Assembly: GCA_000002445.1 (NCBI GenBank)
Contig: CM000208.1
Coordinates: 2,208,001-2,272,000 of the forward strand
DNA length: 64,000 bases
Direction: 5' to 3'
From: Trypanosoma brucei
Taxonomy: Eukaryota
Below the pieces are notes generated by a model, which ran no database searches, was not told the origin of the DNA, and saw nothing but the letters and a program-made list of their open reading frames with translations. The position numbers and the translations under genes were made by a program. Positions 31,001-39,737 of the stretch are shown one piece after another (position 1 is the first letter of the stretch; the number at the start of each line of letters is the position of its first letter).

Positions 31001-31500
31001 AGGCACCACAAATCCGCAAGGCGATTCAGGCATTGGGACCAGCAGCGGTTACTGAGTTTCTCAAAACTGGCGAAGTGGAGGTGCTCGGCAAGAAGATATC
31101 GCGTGACGATGTGAAGGTGATCCGTAAAGTAAAGGATGGCATAACTGACTTTGAGAGCAACACTGACAATGATGTGGTCGTTCTCTTGGACAAGCGAGAT
31201 GACCAAACGTTGGTGGACTCATGGCGCGCGCGGGAGTTCGTTAACCGAGTGCAGCAGCTCCGCAAGAAGGCCAAACTCATCGTCAAAGACATTATTGAGG
31301 TCTACTTCGAGACGGAGGATCCGGAACTGACTACCTCGATCCTCAACTGCTCTGAGCAGGTTAACAAAACTATCCGGGGGAAATGGGAAACAATGGACAA
31401 GCTCCCTAAAGGGGCTAAGCTAATTGCGGAGGAAGACAACTCGATATCGGGAGTTGGAATAAGAATTGTTTTCACACAACCGTCGGCTGGTGAATCGTAA
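28069..31500 (+). CDS. IARS: isoleucyl-tRNA synthetase (class I; eukaryotic cytosolic type) with N-terminal presequence-like extension; second in-frame ATG at about 28267
   Basis: HIGH-region variant PPFATGLPHYGHLL and KMSKS motif KMSKRL are present. Editing/CP1 and anticodon-binding regions are in the expected order, giving 1143 aa from ATG 28069. The first 66 aa (MNRCYSLLCSVLNSGKRAQTSFPSTRRTVIHSRVLPSES...) are basic and hydroxylated, with acidic residues only at the distal end (ET.., DK.., E), consistent with a mitochondrial presequence. The canonical enzyme body starts at MTGPLQNFGDELNFPKMEEEVLKHWEDIDAFK (ATG about 28267). A strong polypyrimidine tract lies upstream (27941-28062). Confidence 0.9.
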   Translation: MNRCYSLLCSVLNSGKRAQTSFPSTRRTVIHSRVLPSESITSSFSPPETTTASKDKSRGEAASKTTMTGPLQNFGDELNFPKMEEEVLKHWEDIDAFKECLKQSEGKKPYTFYDGPPFATGLPHYGHLLAGTIKDIVCRYAHQTGHHVDRRFGWDCHGLPIEFEIDKEYGIKSSHDVKKMGIENYNNACRAIVMRFSEEWRKTVTRMGRWIDFDNDYKTMYLSYMESVWWVFKSLWDKGLVYRGFKVMPFSTACTTPLSNFEANLNYKDVSDPSLMVTFRTKDDPNTFLIAWTTTPWTLPSNLALCVHPDIDYVKVLDSKTKRHYIFGEPRLGEVYPKKKGDGKKGTEASPYTIVSRMKGKELVGTKYEPLFPYFEEKYGATAYRVLCDAYVATDSGTCVVHQAPGFGEEDNRICIDSGVITKEDMLCPVDENGSFTPDVVDFQGRYVKEADSDIIKYLESKGLVHSKGSIVHSYPFCWRSEAPLIYKAVDTWFVKVESLREQLLSANEETEWVPDFVKVRRFSNWLADAKDWNVSRNRYWGTPLPIWHSEDWEEVVCVGSVAELEELSGTKGITDIHRHFVDQLTIPSKRPGMPPLRRVEVVFDCWFESGSMPYAQIHYPFAAKDSFVGEKFPADFVAEGLDQTRGWFYTMLVLGVALFGRAPFKNVVVNGLILAEDGKKMSKRLKNYPEPGIIINTHGADALRMYMINSPVVRAEPLRFREQGVKGIVRDVMLPLFNAAKFFIANANYCVELGGNVATDVVSSNEMDRWILASTQTLQQYVKREMEKYHLYNVVPGVLRFVVDLSNWYVRMNRRRMKDTVDLEDRSRALSTMLNVLFAVSRIIAPIAPFVAEMLYLRIKPLLPQEQQLKSVHFHMFPEDDISKHDEVLERAMTRMVTIVELARVLRDRMVIPMKRPVRQVVVVHPDEAYLDDVRKVVTYIKEEVSAFEVVLSSSDEYVTTQLDASMENLGKLYRNEAPQIRKAIQALGPAAVTEFLKTGEVEVLGKKISRDDVKVIRKVKDGITDFESNTDNDVVVLLDKRDDQTLVDSWRAREFVNRVQQLRKKAKLIVKDIIEVYFETEDPELTTSILNCSEQVNKTIRGKWETMDKLPKGAKLIAEEDNSISGVGIRIVFTQPSAGES

Positions 31501-32284
31501 TGTGTGCATGGTGTTTCTTTATCCCATGCTCGGAACTTTGCCTCAGGGGAATCTCCCCTCTGTTTCAGACCTTAAAGACTGATGTAAGAATAAACGCAAG
31601 GGGCTTGGAGAACACCAGCAGGACGGTATGCTGAAGCGGGGGAAGTGGTAGTAGCAAAAAAAACTAAGAAGAGGCAACCGTAGGTGAGGAGGGGAGGGAT
31701 GAAGTAATGTTGTGAATATGAGATTTAAAAAAAAGGATGCATGGGAAGCAAAAAGGACAACAAAAAGAAAAGAATAGTGGGGATGGGTCGGCGGGTGGAT
31801 AGGGTGAGGTAACAACGGAGGAAAGAACAGACTGCATTTCAACATTGTTGTGATGTATACACCTTTTCATCCATTTTTTGTTTAATTTTTCCTTTTCAAA
31901 ATATTTTCTAGTGATAACATAGAAGCTACTTTAAAGGAGTAGGTGTTTTGTTGTACTGACTTTTATTGGTTCCTAGCCTTCACCCAAGAGTATTGTCTCG
32001 TTGTTATCGTTCAACCACTGTGTTCCACTTCAGCCTTCCCTGGGAATCTAAGCTTTAAAATTTACTCCTGTGTCGCTCCCCCGATTTCTTGCTAGGCGTG
32101 ACCCCACTGGTGACTGTGCGAACAGCAATGAATTAACGGTTTGATAACCCCAAATGGCCTTGTTTGCATTTCTTTCCTCACTTTCTTTTTGTGGGTTTCG
32201 GCTTGCCATGTTATCACTTCCACTTAGCACACCTCAGCAAATAGTGGACGTAGGCTGTTCCTCGCTTAGCAACGCTATCTGCTG

Positions 32285-33526
32285 ATGACGCACTATGTTG
32301 ATAGTGTATTGTACTGGTTCCCCACGCTGGTACTTGTGGTTTGTATGATTGTGCTGATCGTCACCGCGGTTGGTTTGAGTCTTGGGAAGTTCTGGCGGGG
32401 CTTATCATCGTGGTCATGGCGTCGTATTTTTTCCCTAACACGCATGTCGATGCGTCAAACCACATTTCGTGCATCGATGAATGCAGAAGAGGCGGTGGAA
32501 ACGGCACTGCGGAAGGCTGGCTGGAAGCACGTTTTCCTCCGCCGTCGCGTCTTCGTGCCGCGGTTGCAACACAATCGTGAAATTGATGTTGTGGCTGTTG
32601 GACCCGTGGTGCTGGTGGTGGAAGTGAAACACTGGCGTGGCTCCGTTTGGTGCAATGGCCAGCGCTGGTTTCAACAGGTGCATAAGACTGCGCGGGCACT
32701 CGAGTTTGAAGACATTAGGGAAGATAACGTTGTAAAGGCGGCTGCACTCCGTCGACATATCGAAAACGATAAACGTGTACCGCTTCCAGACTTCAATTTA
32801 CTTTCGGACTGTCTGCAGGAGAGTGAAGGGGATGGAACATGGTATGAGGACCGACGTCTCCACAAACAATGCGGCACCGTCATCATCCCCGTAGTAGTGT
32901 TCACGAACCCACTGGTTCGCTTGGATCCCAGCACGGTTAAGCAAAAGGATGACGTATTTGACTTGCCCGGGTTAGAGAGGTATGCAAGAAACCTCCTGTA
33001 CAACACGCGTGGAGCGTCAGTCTTTGACTATTACAAACAGCGCGTTGATGAGTTTTTGCGTCCTATATTTATCGGAAGAAGTATAACACCCGATACTTAT
33101 TGCCTATCTTTTTTTACTGAAGAAAAAGTGGCCCGCGTGGTCGAGCGTATGCGCACGTGGGACATGGTTTATCTTCTTAATGGGCGGCTGGTTCATGGGG
33201 ATATTGTATCTTTTGGGCTCCCCTCTACCAACCGCCATTTTGTGCGTCAGCAGATATCTGATGTGGAGATTACATGGTTCGATGGTTTAATTGGTTTTGC
33301 GCGAACCATGTGGATGAACAGTGGTGGAATGGTCAAAATTACCCTTTCAAGTCCGCGAAAGAGGAAGGTTTTTAGTTTTCCTCTAATGCCGCGCCACTTG
33401 AAATCCATTTATAAGAACGACCGACTGGTGCTTAAGTTGGCGGGTACGACCAATTTGGAGGAAATACCTTTGGCGGATATCGCGACACTCCGGCTCAGTC
33501 AGCACCGGGAAACGGACGGATCCTAA
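32285..33526 (+). CDS. NERD-domain (nuclease-related, PD-(D/E)xK-like) protein with N-terminal transmembrane/signal-anchor segment
   Basis: ATG start, 413 aa. N-terminal hydrophobic helix FPTLVLVVCMIVLIVTAVGLSL is followed by a basic stretch. Residues around 65-135, AEEAVETALRKAGWKHVFLRRRVFVPRLQHNREIDVVAVGPVVLVVEVKHWRGSVWCNGQRWFQQ, match the NERD pattern (GE..v..L...; EIDhvvv.p.gvfviEvKn..G.v.....W.q) with the D...ExK catalytic-type triad. The C-terminal about 250 aa are unassigned. Confidence 0.5.
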   Translation: MTHYVDSVLYWFPTLVLVVCMIVLIVTAVGLSLGKFWRGLSSWSWRRIFSLTRMSMRQTTFRASMNAEEAVETALRKAGWKHVFLRRRVFVPRLQHNREIDVVAVGPVVLVVEVKHWRGSVWCNGQRWFQQVHKTARALEFEDIREDNVVKAAALRRHIENDKRVPLPDFNLLSDCLQESEGDGTWYEDRRLHKQCGTVIIPVVVFTNPLVRLDPSTVKQKDDVFDLPGLERYARNLLYNTRGASVFDYYKQRVDEFLRPIFIGRSITPDTYCLSFFTEEKVARVVERMRTWDMVYLLNGRLVHGDIVSFGLPSTNRHFVRQQISDVEITWFDGLIGFARTMWMNSGGMVKITLSSPRKRKVFSFPLMPRHLKSIYKNDRLVLKLAGTTNLEEIPLADIATLRLSQHRETDGS

Positions 33527-34090
33527 AATGGAGAGATTTAAATCTCCTAAATCCGCTTCACTCGTGGCTGCTCAGCTCTGGAGTGGCTGTGAACGGGAGA
33601 GGGAGAAGTGGAAGACAGTGTTCACTTTGGTTTTTGGTTCTGTGCGCGTGTACATAAAAAACATAATGACTACCGGTGAGTTAGACTGACCATTGGCAGT
33701 TCCTTTCTCTACCTCTTATTAAATGACTTCATTACACGATATTGGTGGACATGGGTACCCTGGTTGTGTGAAGGGAAGTTCATCACAGAGCGGTGTATAT
33801 CCTCGGTTAACTTTCCTCCATTGGGCTCAACTCAAATGGGAAGGTAACTTTTCTACGCGTAATTACTTAACACTATAACCAAGCAAACGGGAGAGCCATC
33901 ATCCTTTCGAGTGGTATTCAAATTCCGCTACGTAGTCACCCATTTTCACACCCCTTCTTCAGGGTCATTGTTTAATTTGTGTTTCTTTACTCTCGAAACC
34001 TCAGGAAGTTAACGGCTTGCAAAAAGGACGGACTCTCAAGTTTGTGGAGTCGGAAGCAATCAAAGCAGCAAGAGCTGCTGACATTGGGTC

Positions 34091-35704
34091 ATGCTTCGCA
34101 CTAGCATTATTGTGCGGTGGGTTCCAAAGTACTTTAAGCGATCTATTCAAGCACCCCAAAGGCAGCGACGAGGAGGTCCAACAATTGAAGCGACATGTGG
34201 GAGGGACAATAAGTCCTACCCATCCGCTGACGCACGACGTGAAACGGTTTCCGGGCATGCGAAGAAACAAAAAGCACGGGATGCAACTGTGATGGCAAGT
34301 AAACAGCGCGTACCACATCCGAAAGCATTTTCTCCACATCGAACCCCAGAGGTTCGGGCGCTTGCAGAAAAGGCAACTACGATTCTCCGTTGTTTTGATC
34401 AACAAAAACTGGAGGGACAAGTGTTTAGTCGAGGAATAGGACCCGATTGCCATAGCTCTGGACTATCACCTTCCGCATTGACGAAGGATCATTGCGAGGA
34501 CGCGCAACTCCGCCGGAGCAAGGGCAGTTTGTGTTTCATGGGAAAGACAGAGGTACTTGCTGTGCTCAAAGCTGTGCTTCCCCCACCCCCACTCAATAAT
34601 GCGGCGTCTCTTTCCCACGGTGACTGCCAACGGCTATCAGAGCCGTGTGGGTCGACCCGTAGCCTTTTAGTTGCTATTCCTGATGACGAGGCTGCCAATG
34701 TTCATGGTTACCTACGACGTATAAGGGGCAAAGCTGAGGACAAGGAGGGAGATATTACAAGCATTGATAGTGCTGCTGGCGGGACAACTTTGGCTGCGTC
34801 TATGTCGTTGCGCGATGTGACTATTTTTTTGCAACTGTACGAAGCCGTGGAGAGTGAGGATGGTGCACTGCTTCTTCAACTAATGGGTGTGCTGAGACGC
34901 ATTGTGTTTTCAGGTCACGGATGTGAATTTAACGAAGGAAGCCCCAAGGACACCGTTGGTGTGGTGTCGCAGCTGCTTGTTGTTCTTTCAAGTCTTGGTC
35001 TGGCAGAGGAACACGTCCTTCAGAGGCTAGTAAGTTCCACTGGGCCCTTCCTCACGACTCCCCTAATCCTTAACAGCAAAGAGTCCAATCTGATACAACT
35101 CCTTGTGGCACTTCACCGCTTCGGTTTCCACCACGAGAAGTGCTACACGGCTTGTGTAAGGGCATTGCAGACTGCAGCACATCGAGATCCGCTGAACTCT
35201 TTCATTCGGCATGCACTTCTGAAGCGTGGTAGCAAAGAGCCCGCGCAGCTCTCGAAGGGAGGCATCAGAATCCCTCGGTGTTTGAATGGGCTAACAGTGA
35301 GTGATTTACTCGAGGCACTCTCTGGGATGGCTCTTAGTTTACACAGACAGAAAGTTGTTGTGGACTTGCTCCTAGCCACGATAGTCGCTATCGTACTGAA
35401 CGAAGAGCTTGCAATGACAAATAAACCCCATCTCCGCAATCCGGAAAATATCGTGACCACTGCCGATGAACATGCCTTCATGCAGGACTGGATTTCGGCT
35501 CGGGCACTACAGGTACAACGTGCAGCTAAAGTAAGCGAACAAATGGAATTGCCTCACCCAGTAATCCCTCAACTCTTCGAGCGACTCGCTGTTCGTTACC
35601 GTGGGCTGATCGTTGATGGTGGCGATGGGGATATTAGTCCAGAGAATGTGGGCTTCTACGATGCCGTCACAGCAGACTTGATAAAGGTATCGAGAAGTAA
35701 GTGA
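34091..35704 (+). CDS. hypothetical protein (537 aa; alternative start at about 34292 would give 470 aa)
   Basis: ATG at 34091, with a second in-frame ATG (MASKQRVPHPKAF) near 34292. The intervening 67 aa are basic and presequence-like. The body is Leu-rich and helical (possibly HEAT/ARM-like). No catalytic motif recognised. Confidence 0.5.
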   Translation: MLRTSIIVRWVPKYFKRSIQAPQRQRRGGPTIEATCGRDNKSYPSADARRETVSGHAKKQKARDATVMASKQRVPHPKAFSPHRTPEVRALAEKATTILRCFDQQKLEGQVFSRGIGPDCHSSGLSPSALTKDHCEDAQLRRSKGSLCFMGKTEVLAVLKAVLPPPPLNNAASLSHGDCQRLSEPCGSTRSLLVAIPDDEAANVHGYLRRIRGKAEDKEGDITSIDSAAGGTTLAASMSLRDVTIFLQLYEAVESEDGALLLQLMGVLRRIVFSGHGCEFNEGSPKDTVGVVSQLLVVLSSLGLAEEHVLQRLVSSTGPFLTTPLILNSKESNLIQLLVALHRFGFHHEKCYTACVRALQTAAHRDPLNSFIRHALLKRGSKEPAQLSKGGIRIPRCLNGLTVSDLLEALSGMALSLHRQKVVVDLLLATIVAIVLNEELAMTNKPHLRNPENIVTTADEHAFMQDWISARALQVQRAAKVSEQMELPHPVIPQLFERLAVRYRGLIVDGGDGDISPENVGFYDAVTADLIKVSRSK

Positions 35705-36224
35705 CCGGGACACTATCGACTGTACACATGTTCCTCTTCTTTTCTTCTTGCCGATCAGCTGCTGTGTCGCACCTGCTCAGCTGGTAAATACTTGTATGTG
35801 TGTTAATATGCCGTACCGTGGTTCCTTATTATCCCTCCTGGTGTCGCACCCACTATGTCTCCTCTTTCTGCGCGAAACGTCATTTGTTAGACTATTGTAA
35901 CTAATAGCGCTATCACAGTAACAAAAATAAGGTAATTGCATAAACGTCCAAGCGGTAACAAAAATTGCTACAAACCGCCCTGTAATTCAAAGATAACAAA
36001 CTGCCGGGTGTACATAATTAACTAGCTTGAAAGAGGGAGAGCACACAAAGCAAGGAAGGCTACATTGCACTCTTGTAGGTGGTGGATAGGTGTACGAGAA
36101 GGAGTGGAAAATAGATTCCACAAAATCACACCACACTGAAAGAGAGAGTGAAGGGCAAGTGGATAACTAGTGGAGGCGGTGCGGGTAAAGCAAGAAATAA
36201 GCGGAAAGCTAACAAAGGGACAAA

Positions 36225-36890
36225 ATGTCTGAGGAGTCCTTGACGTTTGCTGAAGTTGTGGCCCGCAAGAATCGTGGGAGCCAATCCGAACTTGTCGGTG
36301 CGGATGACAGTGTTGCCAGCCTGCCTTCACATGGAGCACTTCAAAATGGATTAATTGTATTACCATCGCGCCCTTCGGTGGGTGAGAGCTACGCGGATGC
36401 AGTAAAGTCAGCGAGTGTGAAACTTGGTGGTGTTCCGGTGAATGTGTCCAAGCTGGATGGCCATGAGTCCGTCACGAATTCAACTTTACAAGAACAGGAG
36501 TCCGTACTTTCTTCCTGGGCTGATGATGACGAATGTTTCTTTGACTCGGTTCGAAACGCCTTGCAGAACAGAAATGATGAATTTGAATTGAGGGGCTACC
36601 CCAACAATAGCCTTTCTTACGTCAATGTTGGTAATAACGGTTCTAACAACGTTTATGGCAACTCCAATAACAATTACGGTGGCTACAGCAACTTCCGGCG
36701 GGGTCGTGGGTCACGTGGGTGGCGGTTCATTAACGGTAACGAAGCAAATTCCAGCAATGGCAACACCCACAGCAACAACAACAAAAAACGAAAGGGATAT
36801 AACAACAAAACTTGGGGCTCCTACAATCCACCTTGTGGAGTTGATTCTTTAAACCACTTCGGTGGTGGGAGGTTCAGTGGATTTCGGTAG
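36225..36890 (+). CDS. hypothetical protein with Asn/Gly/Tyr-rich low-complexity (prion-like) region and RGG/RG motifs; candidate RNA-binding or granule protein
   Basis: ATG start, 221 aa. The C-terminal half is NVGNNGSNNVYGNSNNNYGGYSNFRRGRGSRGWRF...NSSNGNTHSNNNKKRKGYNNKTWGSYNPP...GGGRFSGFR. Confidence 0.45.
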   Translation: MSEESLTFAEVVARKNRGSQSELVGADDSVASLPSHGALQNGLIVLPSRPSVGESYADAVKSASVKLGGVPVNVSKLDGHESVTNSTLQEQESVLSSWADDDECFFDSVRNALQNRNDEFELRGYPNNSLSYVNVGNNGSNNVYGNSNNNYGGYSNFRRGRGSRGWRFINGNEANSSNGNTHSNNNKKRKGYNNKTWGSYNPPCGVDSLNHFGGGRFSGFR

Positions 36891-37151
36891 CTGTGCATAT
36901 CCTTCCTCTATTCAGTGAATAAATGGAAGTTGTGGCTTCTTTTTTTTTCTTCTCGTTTTGTTTGTTACATGTGATGATGGCATTATATCCCCCTTCTTCT
37001 TACCTGTATTGTTCTCTTCGTAGTGACTGTTGTTGCTTCCCTGGGGCGATAATTGGTTTGTTGTGTGCTGACTCAGTTTTGCTGATGTTCGTTTGGCCTT
37101 CAGCTGCACAAACGATTTTTTTTCCCCCTTTCTACGTTTCTCTTCCACCCC

Positions 37152-37193
37152 CTCCCCCCCCCCCCAAAAAAAAAAAAAGACACACACACACAC
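37152..37193. repeat. compound homopolymer/microsatellite C(n)A(n)(CA)n
   Basis: cctcccccccccccc aaaaaaaaaaaaaa gacacacacacacacacg. Confidence 0.85.
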
Positions 37194-38184
37194 GTCGTTG
37201 TTGTTGCTGTTGTCCCTGGGGTTCAGTGTGCGGGAAAATGGAGCGGATATTCGGTGTGTGATGAGGTCCCATTTGGAGTGCGTGTAGCGCAGCAGTTGAG
37301 AGTTTAATCGAGCAATGAAATAAACAAAAAATTTAACTGGGCTACTGAGAGGTAATAAACTGGCGAATGGATTCCCTTATGCTTCCATCCAGTAGAGAGG
37401 TAGTGCGGAAGTAAGTGAAGGAATTAGGAAGGTGCTTAAAGGAAGTGCTGCTGTCTTTTTTTTTTTCCTTTGTGACGTTTTTGAATGTTTTTATTTTGCC
37501 ATTTGAAGTATGCCCACATGTGCGCCATATATCTTTGTATATATATATATATATATATGTGTGTATGTGTGTGATTCGTTTGTTTTTTGTTTCTTCGGTT
37601 TTTTCTCATGCTATGCGCTAATACGCTTAAATTGGACCTGCATCCATTTTTCTCCTCTCTTTTCAACGTACGTTTCAGTCTCTAGCAGTTGACACTGCCT
37701 TTATTATTATCATTACGATTTTATTATTTTAGCCTGCTGCCTTTCATTCGATCCGCTGGGCACCTTCTTTTTTTTTCTTTTTTATGTCACCGACCATTAC
37801 CTCTTCTTTCTTTTTTTTTGTTTGTTTGTTTCTTCCATTTTGTTTTGAATTTTCAGACCGCGCTGCCGCTTTTGTATTCCACCAATTAAAAACAAGAGCA
37901 CACGCACAAAAATACTAACACAAAAGGAAAAGAAAAAAAAACAAAATTAAATTAAATTAAATGTATGGTTGGATAAGTAAATAAATGACAAATTGGGCGA
38001 TTTAAAAAAAAAAAAAGGAAGACCAGCTGATGACATGTGGGAAGATGTATACGAACTAACACAAAATTGGCAGCGCTAACCTCCCTTTTTTTCCTTCTCT
38101 TTTGTTTTGCAATTGACAGTGACAATATGAGGAATTGTAACCGGATGAAGGAAAGACAAAATAACTAATACATTTGTACGGAAA

Positions 38185-38185
<1 letters not shown>

Positions 38186-38216
<31 letters not shown>
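38186..38216. repeat. (AT)n microsatellite, about 15 units
   Basis: atatatatat... run within the 2.8 kb ORF-free spacer. Confidence 0.9.
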
Positions 38217-38218
<2 letters not shown>

Positions 38219-39600
38219 CGTGAATTTTGTTTCTTTTTCAAGTACATGTTGAAATATGTTTGTCTTTACCTTTCTTTTGCTTTTTATTTTTCTTTCCTCA
38301 CGTTAATCACCGCGCACAGTTTCCTCTCGAGGTCATCTGTTTTCAAGAGCAACAAAAGCAAAATAATAAAAAAAAAGGCGCTTTTTCTTTTTATTTCGTT
38401 TACTTCTTTCGGTATGTACGGTGGCCTGACGATGATAGCGTCCAATTTTTTTTTTGTCAATTCTTTTTTTTTCCTTTCTCCCTTTTAGTTAACATGCGCG
38501 TGGAGAAAAAAGGTTAAACTCACAACTCTTTTGGTGGTTACTCATTTTTTTTTGTTTTTTTAAATCTCGTTTTGTTGTTCTATTTTACTTTTTTATGCAA
38601 ATGCATTGCCTGTTGTAATATTTGGTTGCTTCGCATTAACCAGTCCCCCCTCCCTCAAATGTTTACATTTTTTGTTGCATTTGCATCAGTTGATACTTGT
38701 AGGAGACTGTGATGATGATGATTATTATGATTATTATTATAATAATTATTGCGTGGGAAAAGGAAGGCAAAGAGAAGTAAAACAAACGAGGGTGGAAAAA
38801 ATACATCCCCCTCCCCAGGAAGGAAAAAAAAAAACGAATATGATTGGTGTTTTTCAGTTTAATGAATTGTAACTTCTCAACAGGATGCGGGGGGGGGAAG
38901 TGGTGTGAGCCGAGGAATTCGTAATTGATAAGTGACAGTACTGCCATAGCACAAACAAACACGCCAAGTATTGAATTTGAAGGTTCTAAAAAAAAAAAAA
39001 TACTCGGAACTAATTTGGTTCATTTCGATGCCGGAGAGTAGTCACTGTTTCATTACTTTTTTTCTATGTTTTGTTTTTTCTCTTTTGGTTTATGTTTTAA
39101 TTTCAAGGTCAGCTTCTCTGATTTGTGGCGGGCTCTAGCGAGTATTGATCTCAGTTTGAATTTGCGCTTTTCACCTTTCATATTTTTTTTTTTATGGTTC
39201 ACGTGTGAGGTGAGGTGTGCTGCTGTTTTTTCTTTGTTTATTTTATTTTTTTTTTTTTGACACAATCATGTGGGCATAAATGTTCGGTTTGTTCAATTTG
39301 CATTAGTGATATTTGCAGCTGTTGCGACTGTGGATGTGCAATGAGGTAAAGTACAGAGACACAACCCATGATAGTGAGTAAAAAAAATAAAATAAAAAAT
39401 TGAAAGTGATAACTTTTGTATTAGGGGAGGATAAGGGACAAAGAAGAGAAGAATCAGTTAGTGAAGGAATAGTATGAAGTTATTGTAGTACTAGCGAAGG
39501 AGTGCGTGATCATCTGACCAATAGCTGAAATAATTACTTTTCAAAAACGAGTAAAATCGCCGTTTTTTTTTTTGGTGTGTGTCGTTCAGGCCGGTACCTT

Positions 39601-39670
39601 TTCTTGAAACGATCCTTTCCTTTCCTTCCCTTCCCTTTTTGTTTTTTTTTTCTTACCTTCTCATTGATTA
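39601..39670 (+). promoter_or_regulatory. polypyrimidine tract + AG (predicted trans-splice acceptor) upstream of beta-adaptin
   Basis: ttcttgaaacgatcctttcctttccttcccttccctttttgttttttttttcttaccttctcattgattAG lies immediately upstream of the CDS. Confidence 0.45.
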
Positions 39671-39737
39671 GAGGTGAAAATTTCCGGTGCTTCAGTACGG
39701 CATTACCGACGGAAGTTTCACTTTTACACACGACCTT

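Noticed and set aside
38020-38110. Possible C/D snoRNA (TGATGA C-box at about 38027)
   Set aside because: No appropriately spaced CTGA D-box, no terminal stem, and no guide complementarity recognisable. The TGATGA occurrences here and at about 38711 sit inside simple-sequence repeats.
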